Assembly (NCBI GenBank): GCA_016704325.1
Contig: JADJAG010000005.1
Coordinates: 394,571 to 458,570, forward strand
Origin: Chitinophagaceae bacterium
GTDB taxonomy: Bacteria > Bacteroidota > Bacteroidia > Chitinophagales > UBA10324
Direction: 5' to 3'
Length of the DNA stretch: 64,000 nt
The position numbers and the translations under genes are program-made. The notes under the pieces are model-generated. The model had not been told where the DNA came from. It ran no database searches and saw only the letters and a list, made by a program, of their open reading frames with translations. Positions 1-8,751 of the stretch are shown here, in pieces (the first letter of the stretch is position 1; every line of letters begins with the position of its first letter).

Positions 1-107
1 TTATTGAATTGGGGTAAAAAGCAATAAAATTTTGATTTAGATTTTGAACCTGGAAGAAATAACCTAGTCCTGATGCTATACATTTTCTATTTAGATGAAT
101 AATAAAC

Positions 108-147
108 TACCTTTCCCGCTATGCTAATTTACATAGCGGGAAAGGTA
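108..147 (-). terminator. Strong hairpin downstream of the 179..3385 gene (possibly bidirectional)
   Basis: tacctttcccgctatg (108-123) pairs perfectly with catagcgggaaaggta (132-147), with an 8-nt loop. T/A-rich flanks on both strands. Confidence 0.6.
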
Positions 148-178
148 CGTTTATAAAGTTTTTTTCAATATCGTTCGG

Positions 179-3100
179 CTATTCTATAATCACTTTTTTT
201 GTAACCACTTCTTCACTGGTCACCATTTGCAACAGATAGACTCCTGCCGGCAGTTGGTTGCGTTGAAGAGTGGCCTGGAATGTGCCTGCTTCTGCTATAC
301 CATTATACAATTGCAAAGCTACTTTGCCTTGTGCATCCAATAATTCAAGTCGCATGTTGGTGCTCTGTTGTACCTGGAATTGCACTGTAGCCGCATTATT
401 AAAGGGATTAGGATAAACTTGAATCCGATCCGGGGTAGATGCCACTGCTCCCGATGTTTTAATGGTAGCAGTAGTAAAAGTACTCACTGCTGAAAAGGGT
501 GAAAATACCTTTGGATTGCTACCGACACATTTTGTTTTTAATTTCCATTTGTACTTCGTATTTGACTGTAATCCGGTTAGCGGCAAGGTCGACCCACTGG
601 AGTTTACTTTAGTCCAGACTGTGCTGGTGCTAACCTTATATTGAAGTTGGTAATCTGATGTGCAACTTGCAGGCTGCCAGTTTAAAGTCGCTCCTGAAGC
701 AGAAATATTAGCTGTTGATAGATTGGAAGGCACCGGACAGGTGATAAGAAGGTCTGAGCCATTATCGGTGCCGGTAGTGGCAGGATTAGTTGCTATTACA
801 CGGATTCTGTATCCAGTACCGGAGGCTGTTGATGGAATAGCAGCGTTGATATTTCCTGAGCTTGTACCAACTATACTGCCAATAACTGTTGGGCTGCTGA
901 AACTGCCTGTTGAACTGGAAAGCTGTGCAATGAAGTTATTTGCCGGATCATAACTGCCCATAGCGGTAAATGCTACCGTGATATTCTCGCCCGGACAAAA
1001 AGTGGATGCCGCAAACGGTGTGGTTGTAATGGAAGCTGTCGGCGCGTTGCTGGCAAGGTCCGACTGCCAGATACCTCTGCCATATGTTGCTGCTACCAGC
1101 TTATCTGAAGTATAGTTTATCTCCAGTTCATGCACCATCACATTGGGCAACCCATCATTGTAAAAAATCCAGTCAGCCGTATTGTCGTCACGATAATAAA
1201 CTCCTATATCTGTGCCGATATACACCCTGTTTGAACTCCCGTTTTCATATACAATGGTATTAACAGGAAGATTGGGAAGGGTGCCGGAAACATTCGTCCA
1301 GGAACTTCCTCCATTGGTTGACTTGAACACCTTATTACCTGAGGAATAACCACTGAAAGCTACCCATACGCTGTTTGGATCAGTGTTGCTAACAGCAATA
1401 TAATTTATTCCAGCTGATGCTACCGGCAAGCCTGCTGTGATGTCAGTGAATGGTGCAGCACCGTTGGTGGTCTTTTTCATCAATCCCAGAGAGCTGGTAT
1501 AAATCGTGTTTGTATTGGAAGGGGCTACTGCTATTGCTGTACAATAATTGCCGCCATAAAGGTTTGAGGCAAGCACCGACCAGTTGCTGCCGTTATTGGT
1601 TGATTTGTATAATGTAGCGTAACCTGCATACATTTTGTTGTGATCAACAGGATCCATGATATAAGTAGTTACCCATGGACCGGAACTTGGTGCCACGTAG
1701 GTGAATGAACTGCCACCATTAGTAGATTTATAGATGCTGCCATACTGTGTTTCAATAAAGACAATATTAGAATTTGTATAATCGACCAATGCTTCCATGC
1801 CATCCGCTCCATAAACTTGCGTATAACTGGTACCATCCCACCGATTGCTGCCATTGTCCTGCCATCCGGAATAGACAATGGATGGATTTGTGGCAGAGGT
1901 TGACAGACGATAGATTTGTGCCAATCTCAATCCGGAACTAAGGTCTGTCCAGGATGTGCCCTGGTTAACCGATTTGAAAATGCCACCATCATTACCAGAG
2001 AAAATGGTTTGTGTGCTGCCGGGAAGAAACTTAAGATCATGGTTGTCGGCATGTACATAGTTGGCCGCTGTATAAGGTGACCAGCTGGATATTGTTTGCC
2101 ATGAAGTACCACCGTTCGTTGATTTGGCAACATACAAACCTCCAGCCAGTAAGTTATCTGCATTTGCATCAGCGCATTCCAGTACCAGGTCATAATAGCC
2201 ATAGAAAGTTGCTGCCCCGCTTGGAGAACTTTTTGTAACCCAGGTCGCACCACCATCGGCACTCCTGGATAATGTTCCGTTGACGCATAGTGCATAAATA
2301 ACCAATGGGTTGGCAGCAGTTGTTTCTATTGAAATTCTACCTGCACCGCACAGGTTATTTTTCAGAACAGTCCAGGTAGCACCTGCATCAGTGGATTGAA
2401 GAATATCCTGGTTTCCTCCGGCGTAGATCGTATTGGGGTTTGCTGTGTTAAACTCCATATCAAAACAATGAGTCGCATCTACCAAACTCCAGTTTATACC
2501 ACCGTCAACAGTACGATAGATGCCACCTCTGGTTGATGCCAGCAGTATTAAAGGATTTGATGGGTGAATCACCAATCGTTGAATAATCTCTTTATTGTTT
2601 TGTGAATAGCTCAAGCCTGTAGTAGTCCAGGAGATACCTCCATCAACAGACTTAAGAATGCCTGCTGAATAAACCCCACCCCAAAAGTCGTTGTCAGACT
2701 GCCAGGTAGCTTCGTAACCATATCCATCACCGGTTGCTATGTAAACAATATTGCTGTTGGAAGGATCAATAGCAATATCAGCAATACTTGTTACAGGAAT
2801 TGAAGAGGTGAGATCCGTCCAGTTCGATCCGCTATTAGTAGACTTCCAGACACCTCCACCGGCTGCGCCAATATAGATTGTATTGGAATTGGCAGGATCA
2901 AACCTAATTACATTGATCCTTCCCACACCACCGCCATTTCCAGGTACAGCGGCTGAACCAACAGGTTCCCAGGTGGCAGTGCGTATAGAAGCCAATTCGG
3001 GATGAGCCATTTTATAAGCTTCAAATTCACTGTGGGCAATAGATGGATCGGGTATGAGTCCGGTAGGGAATGTGCGTGATTCCATCAGGTATTCCCACCT

Positions 3101-3385
3101 CTTAAACTGATTATAATAGCTTTCTTCTTCATCGCTTTCACCGTTCAGTTCCTCCTGCATTTGTTTTACTGTAGGTATTCCATAGTGGTTGTAAAAATTC
3201 TCCTGGATAGTATAAAAATTCAAAGGTGCTGATGATTGAAGCGGTAAATTTTTGATTTCTTGTTGTTGGGCAATTGTAAATTCTGTGATTAACAGGAAAA
3301 AGAAAGTGAAAAGACTAAAATGAACATGCCCATGTCCAAACAAGCTTGATGGGGACATCGTGCGACTTGATAAGATTTTTTTCAT
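179..3385 (-). CDS. Secreted sortilin/BNR-like beta-propeller protein with FN3-like module and T9SS C-terminal sorting domain
   Basis: Long ORF. The track start at 3418 is TTG; the best start is ATG 3385 (MKKILSS...), followed by a hydrophobic signal-like segment. Many Asp-box-like motifs: KSTNSGSNWTDL, KSVDGGISWTT, RTVDGGINWSL, STDAGATWTV, KSTNGGTSWQT. The C-terminus VYPNPFNNAATVQF...GVYLLQMV...KKVIIE fits a T9SS sorting domain. Confidence 0.8.
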   Translation of the reverse strand: MKKILSSRTMSPSSLFGHGHVHFSLFTFFFLLITEFTIAQQQEIKNLPLQSSAPLNFYTIQENFYNHYGIPTVKQMQEELNGESDEEESYYNQFKRWEYLMESRTFPTGLIPDPSIAHSEFEAYKMAHPELASIRTATWEPVGSAAVPGNGGGVGRINVIRFDPANSNTIYIGAAGGGVWKSTNSGSNWTDLTSSIPVTSIADIAIDPSNSNIVYIATGDGYGYEATWQSDNDFWGGVYSAGILKSVDGGISWTTTGLSYSQNNKEIIQRLVIHPSNPLILLASTRGGIYRTVDGGINWSLVDATHCFDMEFNTANPNTIYAGGNQDILQSTDAGATWTVLKNNLCGAGRISIETTAANPLVIYALCVNGTLSRSADGGATWVTKSSPSGAATFYGYYDLVLECADANADNLLAGGLYVAKSTNGGTSWQTISSWSPYTAANYVHADNHDLKFLPGSTQTIFSGNDGGIFKSVNQGTSWTDLSSGLRLAQIYRLSTSATNPSIVYSGWQDNGSNRWDGTSYTQVYGADGMEALVDYTNSNIVFIETQYGSIYKSTNGGSSFTYVAPSSGPWVTTYIMDPVDHNKMYAGYATLYKSTNNGSNWSVLASNLYGGNYCTAIAVAPSNTNTIYTSSLGLMKKTTNGAAPFTDITAGLPVASAGINYIAVSNTDPNSVWVAFSGYSSGNKVFKSTNGGSSWTNVSGTLPNLPVNTIVYENGSSNRVYIGTDIGVYYRDDNTADWIFYNDGLPNVMVHELEINYTSDKLVAATYGRGIWQSDLASNAPTASITTTPFAASTFCPGENITVAFTAMGSYDPANNFIAQLSSSTGSFSSPTVIGSIVGTSSGNINAAIPSTASGTGYRIRVIATNPATTGTDNGSDLLITCPVPSNLSTANISASGATLNWQPASCTSDYQLQYKVSTSTVWTKVNSSGSTLPLTGLQSNTKYKWKLKTKCVGSNPKVFSPFSAVSTFTTATIKTSGAVASTPDRIQVYPNPFNNAATVQFQVQQSTNMRLELLDAQGKVALQLYNGIAEAGTFQATLQRNQLPAGVYLLQMVTSEEVVTKKVIIE

Positions 3386-4202
3386 TTTTAAAGATTTAGC
3401 ATGCGTTAAAAGAATCAAGAGTTACCGGGATGCACTGTGAAATTAAAATTAAACACGGTTCATAGTATAGCTATTCAAAAATAATATGTTGAAAAGTATA
3501 GCAGCGTTGAAGTTACAGAATAATGCTTGCTTGATGTGAAAAAAATCCGGGAGTATCATCACAAAGTTGATAATATGAGTTCTTGATCTATTTTGTTGAT
3601 ATATTGTCTGAACATGGCATGTATCCGAGACTTTTTTCTGCTGCTGAATCGGTAAGATTTTTCAATTTTAGTTTATTGAAAATTGGCAGGGAACAGCACT
3701 TAAAAGGTACCTGTTTCTACTCGAAACATATTTGCTTACTTTCTTAATTATATATTCACATTTTGATACAGCATAGAATAAGTACTGCTTTGTGCTGAAG
3801 CATTTTAAGGAGTTGCTTTTTATCATAAAGAGTTTCAATAGCGCAAAGGAAAGCCGGACTTTTATCAAGCATTCGATTCGTCAGAGATCTGATCAATAGG
3901 AAATCAGCAAAGTCAAAGAATAAGTAATGCGCTTGTCTGCTCAATTTTTTACTGTATAAGAGTAATTTTAACTTTCAACGTCTTTTTTGAAACTTAGATT
4001 CTTCGCCTTAAATTAACTTGTTTATGAATATTGGAATACCGGGCACAGGAACGGTCGGCATCACCACCAATAATAAAATCACTGGCTAAGATATGCGTGG
4101 CATATTATCAAATAGTTAAAGTACCTTCAATTATTTCATTTGGTGGCGGTTAAATTCATATTTTTCCGCATAACTAACCATACAAAGTGCTAAATCGTCG
4201 AG

Positions 4203-4697
4203 ATGGCTACAAATCTTAAGAGTTTATCTGAATACCAACTGGATGAAATGCCTGATCTTTCCAATGCAAAGATTGGTGTGATTGTTTCAGAATGGAATGA
4301 ACAAATCACCCTTTCACTATATGGTGGATGCAAGAAAACACTTGGTGAATTGTCTGTAAAGAAAAAGAACATTTTGAAAGTAAATGTTCCCGGGAGTTTT
4401 GAATTGCCCGCTGCTGCAAAATTGCTTATTGAATCAAAGAAGCTTGATGCAGTTATTTGCCTGGGTTGTGTAATACAAGGCGAAACGCGGCATTTCGATT
4501 TTATTTGTAATGCGGTGGCAAATGGTATTATGGAGTTGAATATACGTTATACTATACCCGTAATATTTGGTGTGCTCACCACCAATGATCTTGCACAGGC
4601 AAAGGATCGTGCAGGAGGCAAGCATGGGAACAAAGGAGTGGAAGCGGCAGTTGCAGCAGTAAAGATGATCTTACTAAAAAGAAAATTGCTGAAATAA
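4203..4697 (+). CDS. ribH: 6,7-dimethyl-8-ribityllumazine synthase
   Basis: 164 aa. Family-typical blocks: IGVIVSEWNE, VPGSFELP, DAVICLGCVIQGETRHFDFICNAVANGIMEL, PVIFGVLTT, RAGGKHGNKGVEAA. Confidence 0.95.
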   Translation: MATNLKSLSEYQLDEMPDLSNAKIGVIVSEWNEQITLSLYGGCKKTLGELSVKKKNILKVNVPGSFELPAAAKLLIESKKLDAVICLGCVIQGETRHFDFICNAVANGIMELNIRYTIPVIFGVLTTNDLAQAKDRAGGKHGNKGVEAAVAAVKMILLKRKLLK

Positions 4698-4718
4698 TTA
4701 AAGCAAGACATTGATACT

Positions 4719-4771
4719 CATTTAGCCGTTTAGTCAGTTGACCATTCAGCCATTCAGCCATTCAACCATTT
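4719..4771 (+). repeat. G-poor short tandem repeat of 8-nt period (solo arm) upstream of the MBL hydrolase gene
   Basis: catttagccgtttagtcagttg then accattcag ccattcag ccattcaa ccattt. It ends 38 nt before ATG 4810. Confidence 0.8.
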
Positions 4772-4809
4772 GTATAATCTAACTGCACAACACTTAATTT
4801 CGTACCACA

Positions 4810-5646
4810 ATGCAACTCTATTCCATCGATACCGGATATTTTAAACTAGATGGAGGCGCCATGTTTGGTGTGGTTCCAAAGTCAATCTGGAATAAGATAA
4901 ACCCTGCTGACGAAAATAACCTGTGTTCCTGGGCTATGAGGTGCCTGCTGGTTGAAGAAGGAAAACGACTGGTTCTCATAGATTGTGGAATGGGTAACAA
5001 ACAAAGCGAAAAGTTCTTCTCGCACTATGAGCCGCATGGCTCAAAGAATCTGGAAGCATCGCTGCATGAATTTGGATTTGTCGCCGATGATATTACTGAT
5101 GTATTTCTTACACATCTTCATTTTGATCATTGTGGTGGGGCCATCAGATTTGATGAGTTGCATAAACCGGTGCCGGCATTCAGGAATGCTACTTACTATT
5201 CCTGTGAAAAGCACTGGCTGACTGCAACTAAGCCTAATCAAAGGGAGAAAGCGTCTTTCCTGAAAGAGAATATTATTCCCATTCAGGAAAGCGGACAATT
5301 GAAAATGTTAAAGGAGGGCGATGAACTGTTTCCCGGTTTTAAAACAATTTTTGTTGATGGGCATACGGATGCGATGATGCTTCCTATCATTCAATATGGC
5401 AACCAAACAATCGCATATATGGCAGATTTGATTCCTTCAGCAGGGCATATTCCTATTCCTTATGTGATGGCTTATGATATAAGGCCATTGATTTCATTGC
5501 AGGAAAAGGAAACTTTTCTGAATATGGCTTATGCCAATAACTACTCCCTTTTTTTTGAACACGATCCAAAAATTGAATTGTGCAACCTGGTGAAGACCGA
5601 CCGTGGAATCAGGATGGGAGAGGCTATTACATTACAGGATTTGTAA
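4810..5646 (+). CDS. MBL-fold metallo-hydrolase
   Basis: 278 aa. HxHxDH motif THLHFDHCGG, and a later DGHTD metal-ligand block. Confidence 0.8.
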   Translation: MQLYSIDTGYFKLDGGAMFGVVPKSIWNKINPADENNLCSWAMRCLLVEEGKRLVLIDCGMGNKQSEKFFSHYEPHGSKNLEASLHEFGFVADDITDVFLTHLHFDHCGGAIRFDELHKPVPAFRNATYYSCEKHWLTATKPNQREKASFLKENIIPIQESGQLKMLKEGDELFPGFKTIFVDGHTDAMMLPIIQYGNQTIAYMADLIPSAGHIPIPYVMAYDIRPLISLQEKETFLNMAYANNYSLFFEHDPKIELCNLVKTDRGIRMGEAITLQDL

Positions 5647-5713
5647 AATATATGTTGCGGATTCATCGGTCAAAGCATTATTGAATATAAACGAAAGCTG
5701 ATTTTCTGAAACA

Positions 5714-7261
5714 TTATACATCAATACTTGCACCCCTGCTTTCAAACGTAATTACATTTGCATGTATCCTTCCTTCCTCTGATCCATTTTCTAAGCGCAA
5801 CACCCCGCGCGGACAAACAGCCGCGCAAATACCGCAACCCACACAGGAAGATCGTACGATGTTTTCGCCTCGTTGCGCATAAGCTCTCACATCAATTCCC
5901 ATCTCACAATAAGTAGAGCAGTTTCCGCAAGAAATGCATTGTCCGCCATTCGTAGTGATCCGGAAACGAGATTTGAAACGTTGCATCATGCCAAGATAGG
6001 CAGCCAACGGGCAACCGAACCGGCACCAAACCCTGTTTCCCATAAATGGATAGAAGCCGGTACCTACCACACCAGAGAATACAGAACCAATCATGAAGCC
6101 ATACACTTGATGTAATTGGTTGGTTGCATTTCCCAACAACCTGTTTTCTGAAAAGTAATTTGCCAGGGTAATGCCTGTCATCACTACTGCAAACACGAGG
6201 ACGCTGTGTATCATCCACCGCTCCACCTTCCATGATCTTAAGGATTTATCAGATAGTTGGCGGAAAGGATCTCCTAAAGTTTCTGCAAGCCCACCGCAAC
6301 CGCAAACCCAGGAACAATACCACCGCTTGCCAAAAAAATAGGAAAGGACTGGCACCGCAATAATGATCAGCACAATGCCCCAGATCAGCATGAACCATCC
6401 GATGGTTCCGGATTGAATCATCTGATTGAGGTTGTAATCGTAGAAGAAAGTGTAATTAAGTGGCCAGATATTTTTAAAATCGTACCAGGGTTTATTTAAT
6501 GAAACCAAAATCTCAGGAATGATAAAGGCCAGTGCAGTTTGAAAAAACATCACCGACCCTGTACGAATTTGCTGATAGGTATTGTGGCGGTATTTCAATA
6601 ACATTCGAATACCCATTACCACCACTGCAACGGTATAAAGAAACCCATACAGAAACCATTGACTGGCGCCATTTCCACTCAAAGTATTGCTCACCGGATC
6701 AACAAGAATCACCCAGTTGGTTATATAGTATGGAAACCAATAGAGTACAATATAGAACAGGATCAGCACAGTGCCTATTAGTATTCCAACCCAGCCTCGT
6801 GCATTAAGTTTGTCAAAGAAAATATGGTTATTCTTAATTCCTTTTATTCCGCTTCCATACTTTGGAATAATGTAGAGTAAACTTCCTGATAAGGTGAAAA
6901 GCACAATCATTAAAAGCAGCCATTTGTTGTTTTCCACCAGCCAGCCTGTTGTCGCATTTTTAGTGATGGCGAATGTATAATCAGTATAGATTACTTTGTC
7001 CCAATCGCTTGCTGCACGGTTTTTTTTGTTGATTTCATTGATGCGTTTTTTAAAATCGCTGACGAAAGCGAAATTGGAAGAATAACTTTTGTTCAGCATT
7101 CCAGCAACAGCAGGTTCAATCTGTTCCAGGTGGGTGGAATCAGTAATGGTGTGGTGAAGGATTTTCGCGGTGAGCACATAAGTACTTCCAAAATAGCTGC
7201 CAATAAACAGAAACAATCCTGCCATCACAATTGCAATTCCTGTCTTCATTTGATAGCTCAT
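5714..7261 (-). CDS. Polytopic membrane polyferredoxin (NapH/MauN/CcoG-like 4Fe-4S binding protein)
   Basis: 515 aa with multiple hydrophobic helices. Cys motifs WYCSWVCGCGG and VWCRFGCP. Two ferredoxin clusters: CISCGNCSTYC and CVGCGICAAVCP. Confidence 0.75.
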   Translation of the reverse strand: MSYQMKTGIAIVMAGLFLFIGSYFGSTYVLTAKILHHTITDSTHLEQIEPAVAGMLNKSYSSNFAFVSDFKKRINEINKKNRAASDWDKVIYTDYTFAITKNATTGWLVENNKWLLLMIVLFTLSGSLLYIIPKYGSGIKGIKNNHIFFDKLNARGWVGILIGTVLILFYIVLYWFPYYITNWVILVDPVSNTLSGNGASQWFLYGFLYTVAVVVMGIRMLLKYRHNTYQQIRTGSVMFFQTALAFIIPEILVSLNKPWYDFKNIWPLNYTFFYDYNLNQMIQSGTIGWFMLIWGIVLIIIAVPVLSYFFGKRWYCSWVCGCGGLAETLGDPFRQLSDKSLRSWKVERWMIHSVLVFAVVMTGITLANYFSENRLLGNATNQLHQVYGFMIGSVFSGVVGTGFYPFMGNRVWCRFGCPLAAYLGMMQRFKSRFRITTNGGQCISCGNCSTYCEMGIDVRAYAQRGENIVRSSCVGCGICAAVCPRGVLRLENGSEEGRIHANVITFESRGASIDV

Positions 7262-7264
7262 AGA

Positions 7265-8614
7265 CTAAAACTTGGATTTCATTATCCTGATTTTTTTTTG
7301 CCACAATCCTCTTTTTGATTTTAGGCTGAGGTTGGCACCTGAATTTTCCCGATTGAATTTTTGAATGATCTGAGATTCATATTGCCGGTAGTATTCAGGA
7401 TCGAAGTTGGCTTCCGGCAAATGTTCAAGTACGAATTCAATGCTTCTTCCCTCATGAATCCATTTGTCACAAGATTCGTGACGCAAACGAATGCCAAAAA
7501 CATTTATGCCGTTAACTGCACGCGACTGTTTATTGAAATGAATGCGCAGACTGATTTTTTCCACCGGATGTTGCCAATAGAAAGCCTGTTCACCTTCTTT
7601 CAGATTTGGAAACACCCAGCCATAGGTCTGATATTCAATATCAAAAAATTTGGCTGCATTGAACCAGATGCCCGGATTGTAAACACTACGTTTATTACAA
7701 ATTGTTTTGGCAATCGTTTCACCCATCATCCTGCCAGTATACCAAACCTGTTCCACCGGTTTCCGGTTGGGCAATGGTGTTCTGAATTCCGCACAGTCAC
7801 CAATAGCGAAGATGCCGGTTACATTTGTTTCGAGGTATTCATTTACAAGTACACCACGATTGCATTCTATGCCACTGTCTTTCAAAAAATCTATAACCGG
7901 TGAAACACCCACGGTTAGGCCGACGAACTGGCATTCCACAATATCACCTTTATCGGTAGTTATTGATTTAACCTTACCATTTGTATCAGGGCAAATTTCA
8001 ACAAGATTGGTTTCAGTACGCAGATCAATGTGATGGTCGCGAATATGACTGCCAATCATCATGGCCTCTTCTTTGGGCAATACACCATCCCAGAAATTTT
8101 TCTCTCGTATAAGAAATGTTACTTTAATATTTCGTGATGCAAGCATCTCCGCCATTTCAACGCCAATTAATCCTCCGCCAACGATCACCGCATGTTTAGC
8201 ATCCGAGGTGAGTTGCTGCATGTTTTCCAGGTCTTGTTTGGAATAGAGTCCTTGCACGCCTATTATGTCCTGCCCCGGCCATCCGAATTTGTTAGGCTTT
8301 GAACCGCTGGCTATTATTAGTAGATCAAACGAGACAGTTCCCCCGGACGTTAAGAGCAATGTTTGCTGTGCTTTACTAATGGATTTTACTTCATCAAATA
8401 AAAGTTCAATACGGTTCTTTTTCCAAAACCAGTCTTCATAAGGTTTCGTGTGTTCAAATTTCATGTGCCCCATGTACACATACATGAGCGCCGTGCGTGA
8501 AAAAAAGTATTCACTTTCTTTTGAGATTACAGTGATACGGAAATCGCTTTGCTTACGGATATGCCTCGCAGCCGTAATACCTGAAATTCCATTTCCAATA
8601 ATTACAATATGCAT
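7265..8614 (-). CDS. NAD(P)/FAD-dependent pyridine-nucleotide-disulfide-type oxidoreductase
   Basis: I prefer ATG 8614 as start (MHIVIIGNGISGITAA is a Rossmann GxGxxG motif). Second dinucleotide motif AVIVGGGLIGVEMAE; GIFAIGDCAE flavin motif. The stop lies 3 nt before the polyferredoxin start. Confidence 0.75.
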   Translation of the reverse strand: MHIVIIGNGISGITAARHIRKQSDFRITVISKESEYFFSRTALMYVYMGHMKFEHTKPYEDWFWKKNRIELLFDEVKSISKAQQTLLLTSGGTVSFDLLIIASGSKPNKFGWPGQDIIGVQGLYSKQDLENMQQLTSDAKHAVIVGGGLIGVEMAEMLASRNIKVTFLIREKNFWDGVLPKEEAMMIGSHIRDHHIDLRTETNLVEICPDTNGKVKSITTDKGDIVECQFVGLTVGVSPVIDFLKDSGIECNRGVLVNEYLETNVTGIFAIGDCAEFRTPLPNRKPVEQVWYTGRMMGETIAKTICNKRSVYNPGIWFNAAKFFDIEYQTYGWVFPNLKEGEQAFYWQHPVEKISLRIHFNKQSRAVNGINVFGIRLRHESCDKWIHEGRSIEFVLEHLPEANFDPEYYRQYESQIIQKFNRENSGANLSLKSKRGLWQKKIRIMKSKF

Positions 8615-8751
8615 CCGTGTAGAACAATGATTGTGGAATATTACGAAAATATGCTGAAACACATACGCTGCGCATTTTATGAACAAATAGCATGGATATA
8701 AAAAAGGCTTCAACATATTTGTTGAAGTCTTTTTGTCGAAAGAGCACTATC

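Noticed and set aside
462-2295. Antisense or out-of-frame ORFs inside long genes (here, and likewise inside rpoC, the M1 peptidase, the ABC-F gene, the propeller genes and 56115-57833)
   Set aside because: They lie entirely within strongly supported CDSs on the opposite strand or another frame, with biased low-complexity translations.
3668-3944. Two overlapping minus-strand ORFs (66 and 62 aa) in the AT-rich spacer
   Set aside because: No recognisable motifs, different frames, no start context. Kept only as a hint of gene decay in the findings, not as genes.
3986-4202. Possible FMN (RFN) riboswitch upstream of ribH
   Set aside because: I could not find the conserved RFN core strings (the GGGCAGGGTGAAATTCCC-type and CCGACGGTATAGTCCGGATG-type blocks) or its multi-stem layout by eye. 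This needs a covariance-model scan to be certain.
8615-8716. N-terminal extension of the flavoprotein ORF (and similar extensions at 3386-3418, 9988-10053, 18823-18882, 24160-24219, 62112-62159)
   Set aside because: The extensions precede obvious Rossmann motifs or signal peptides, and several begin at TTG. The internal ATG gives a canonical N-terminus.
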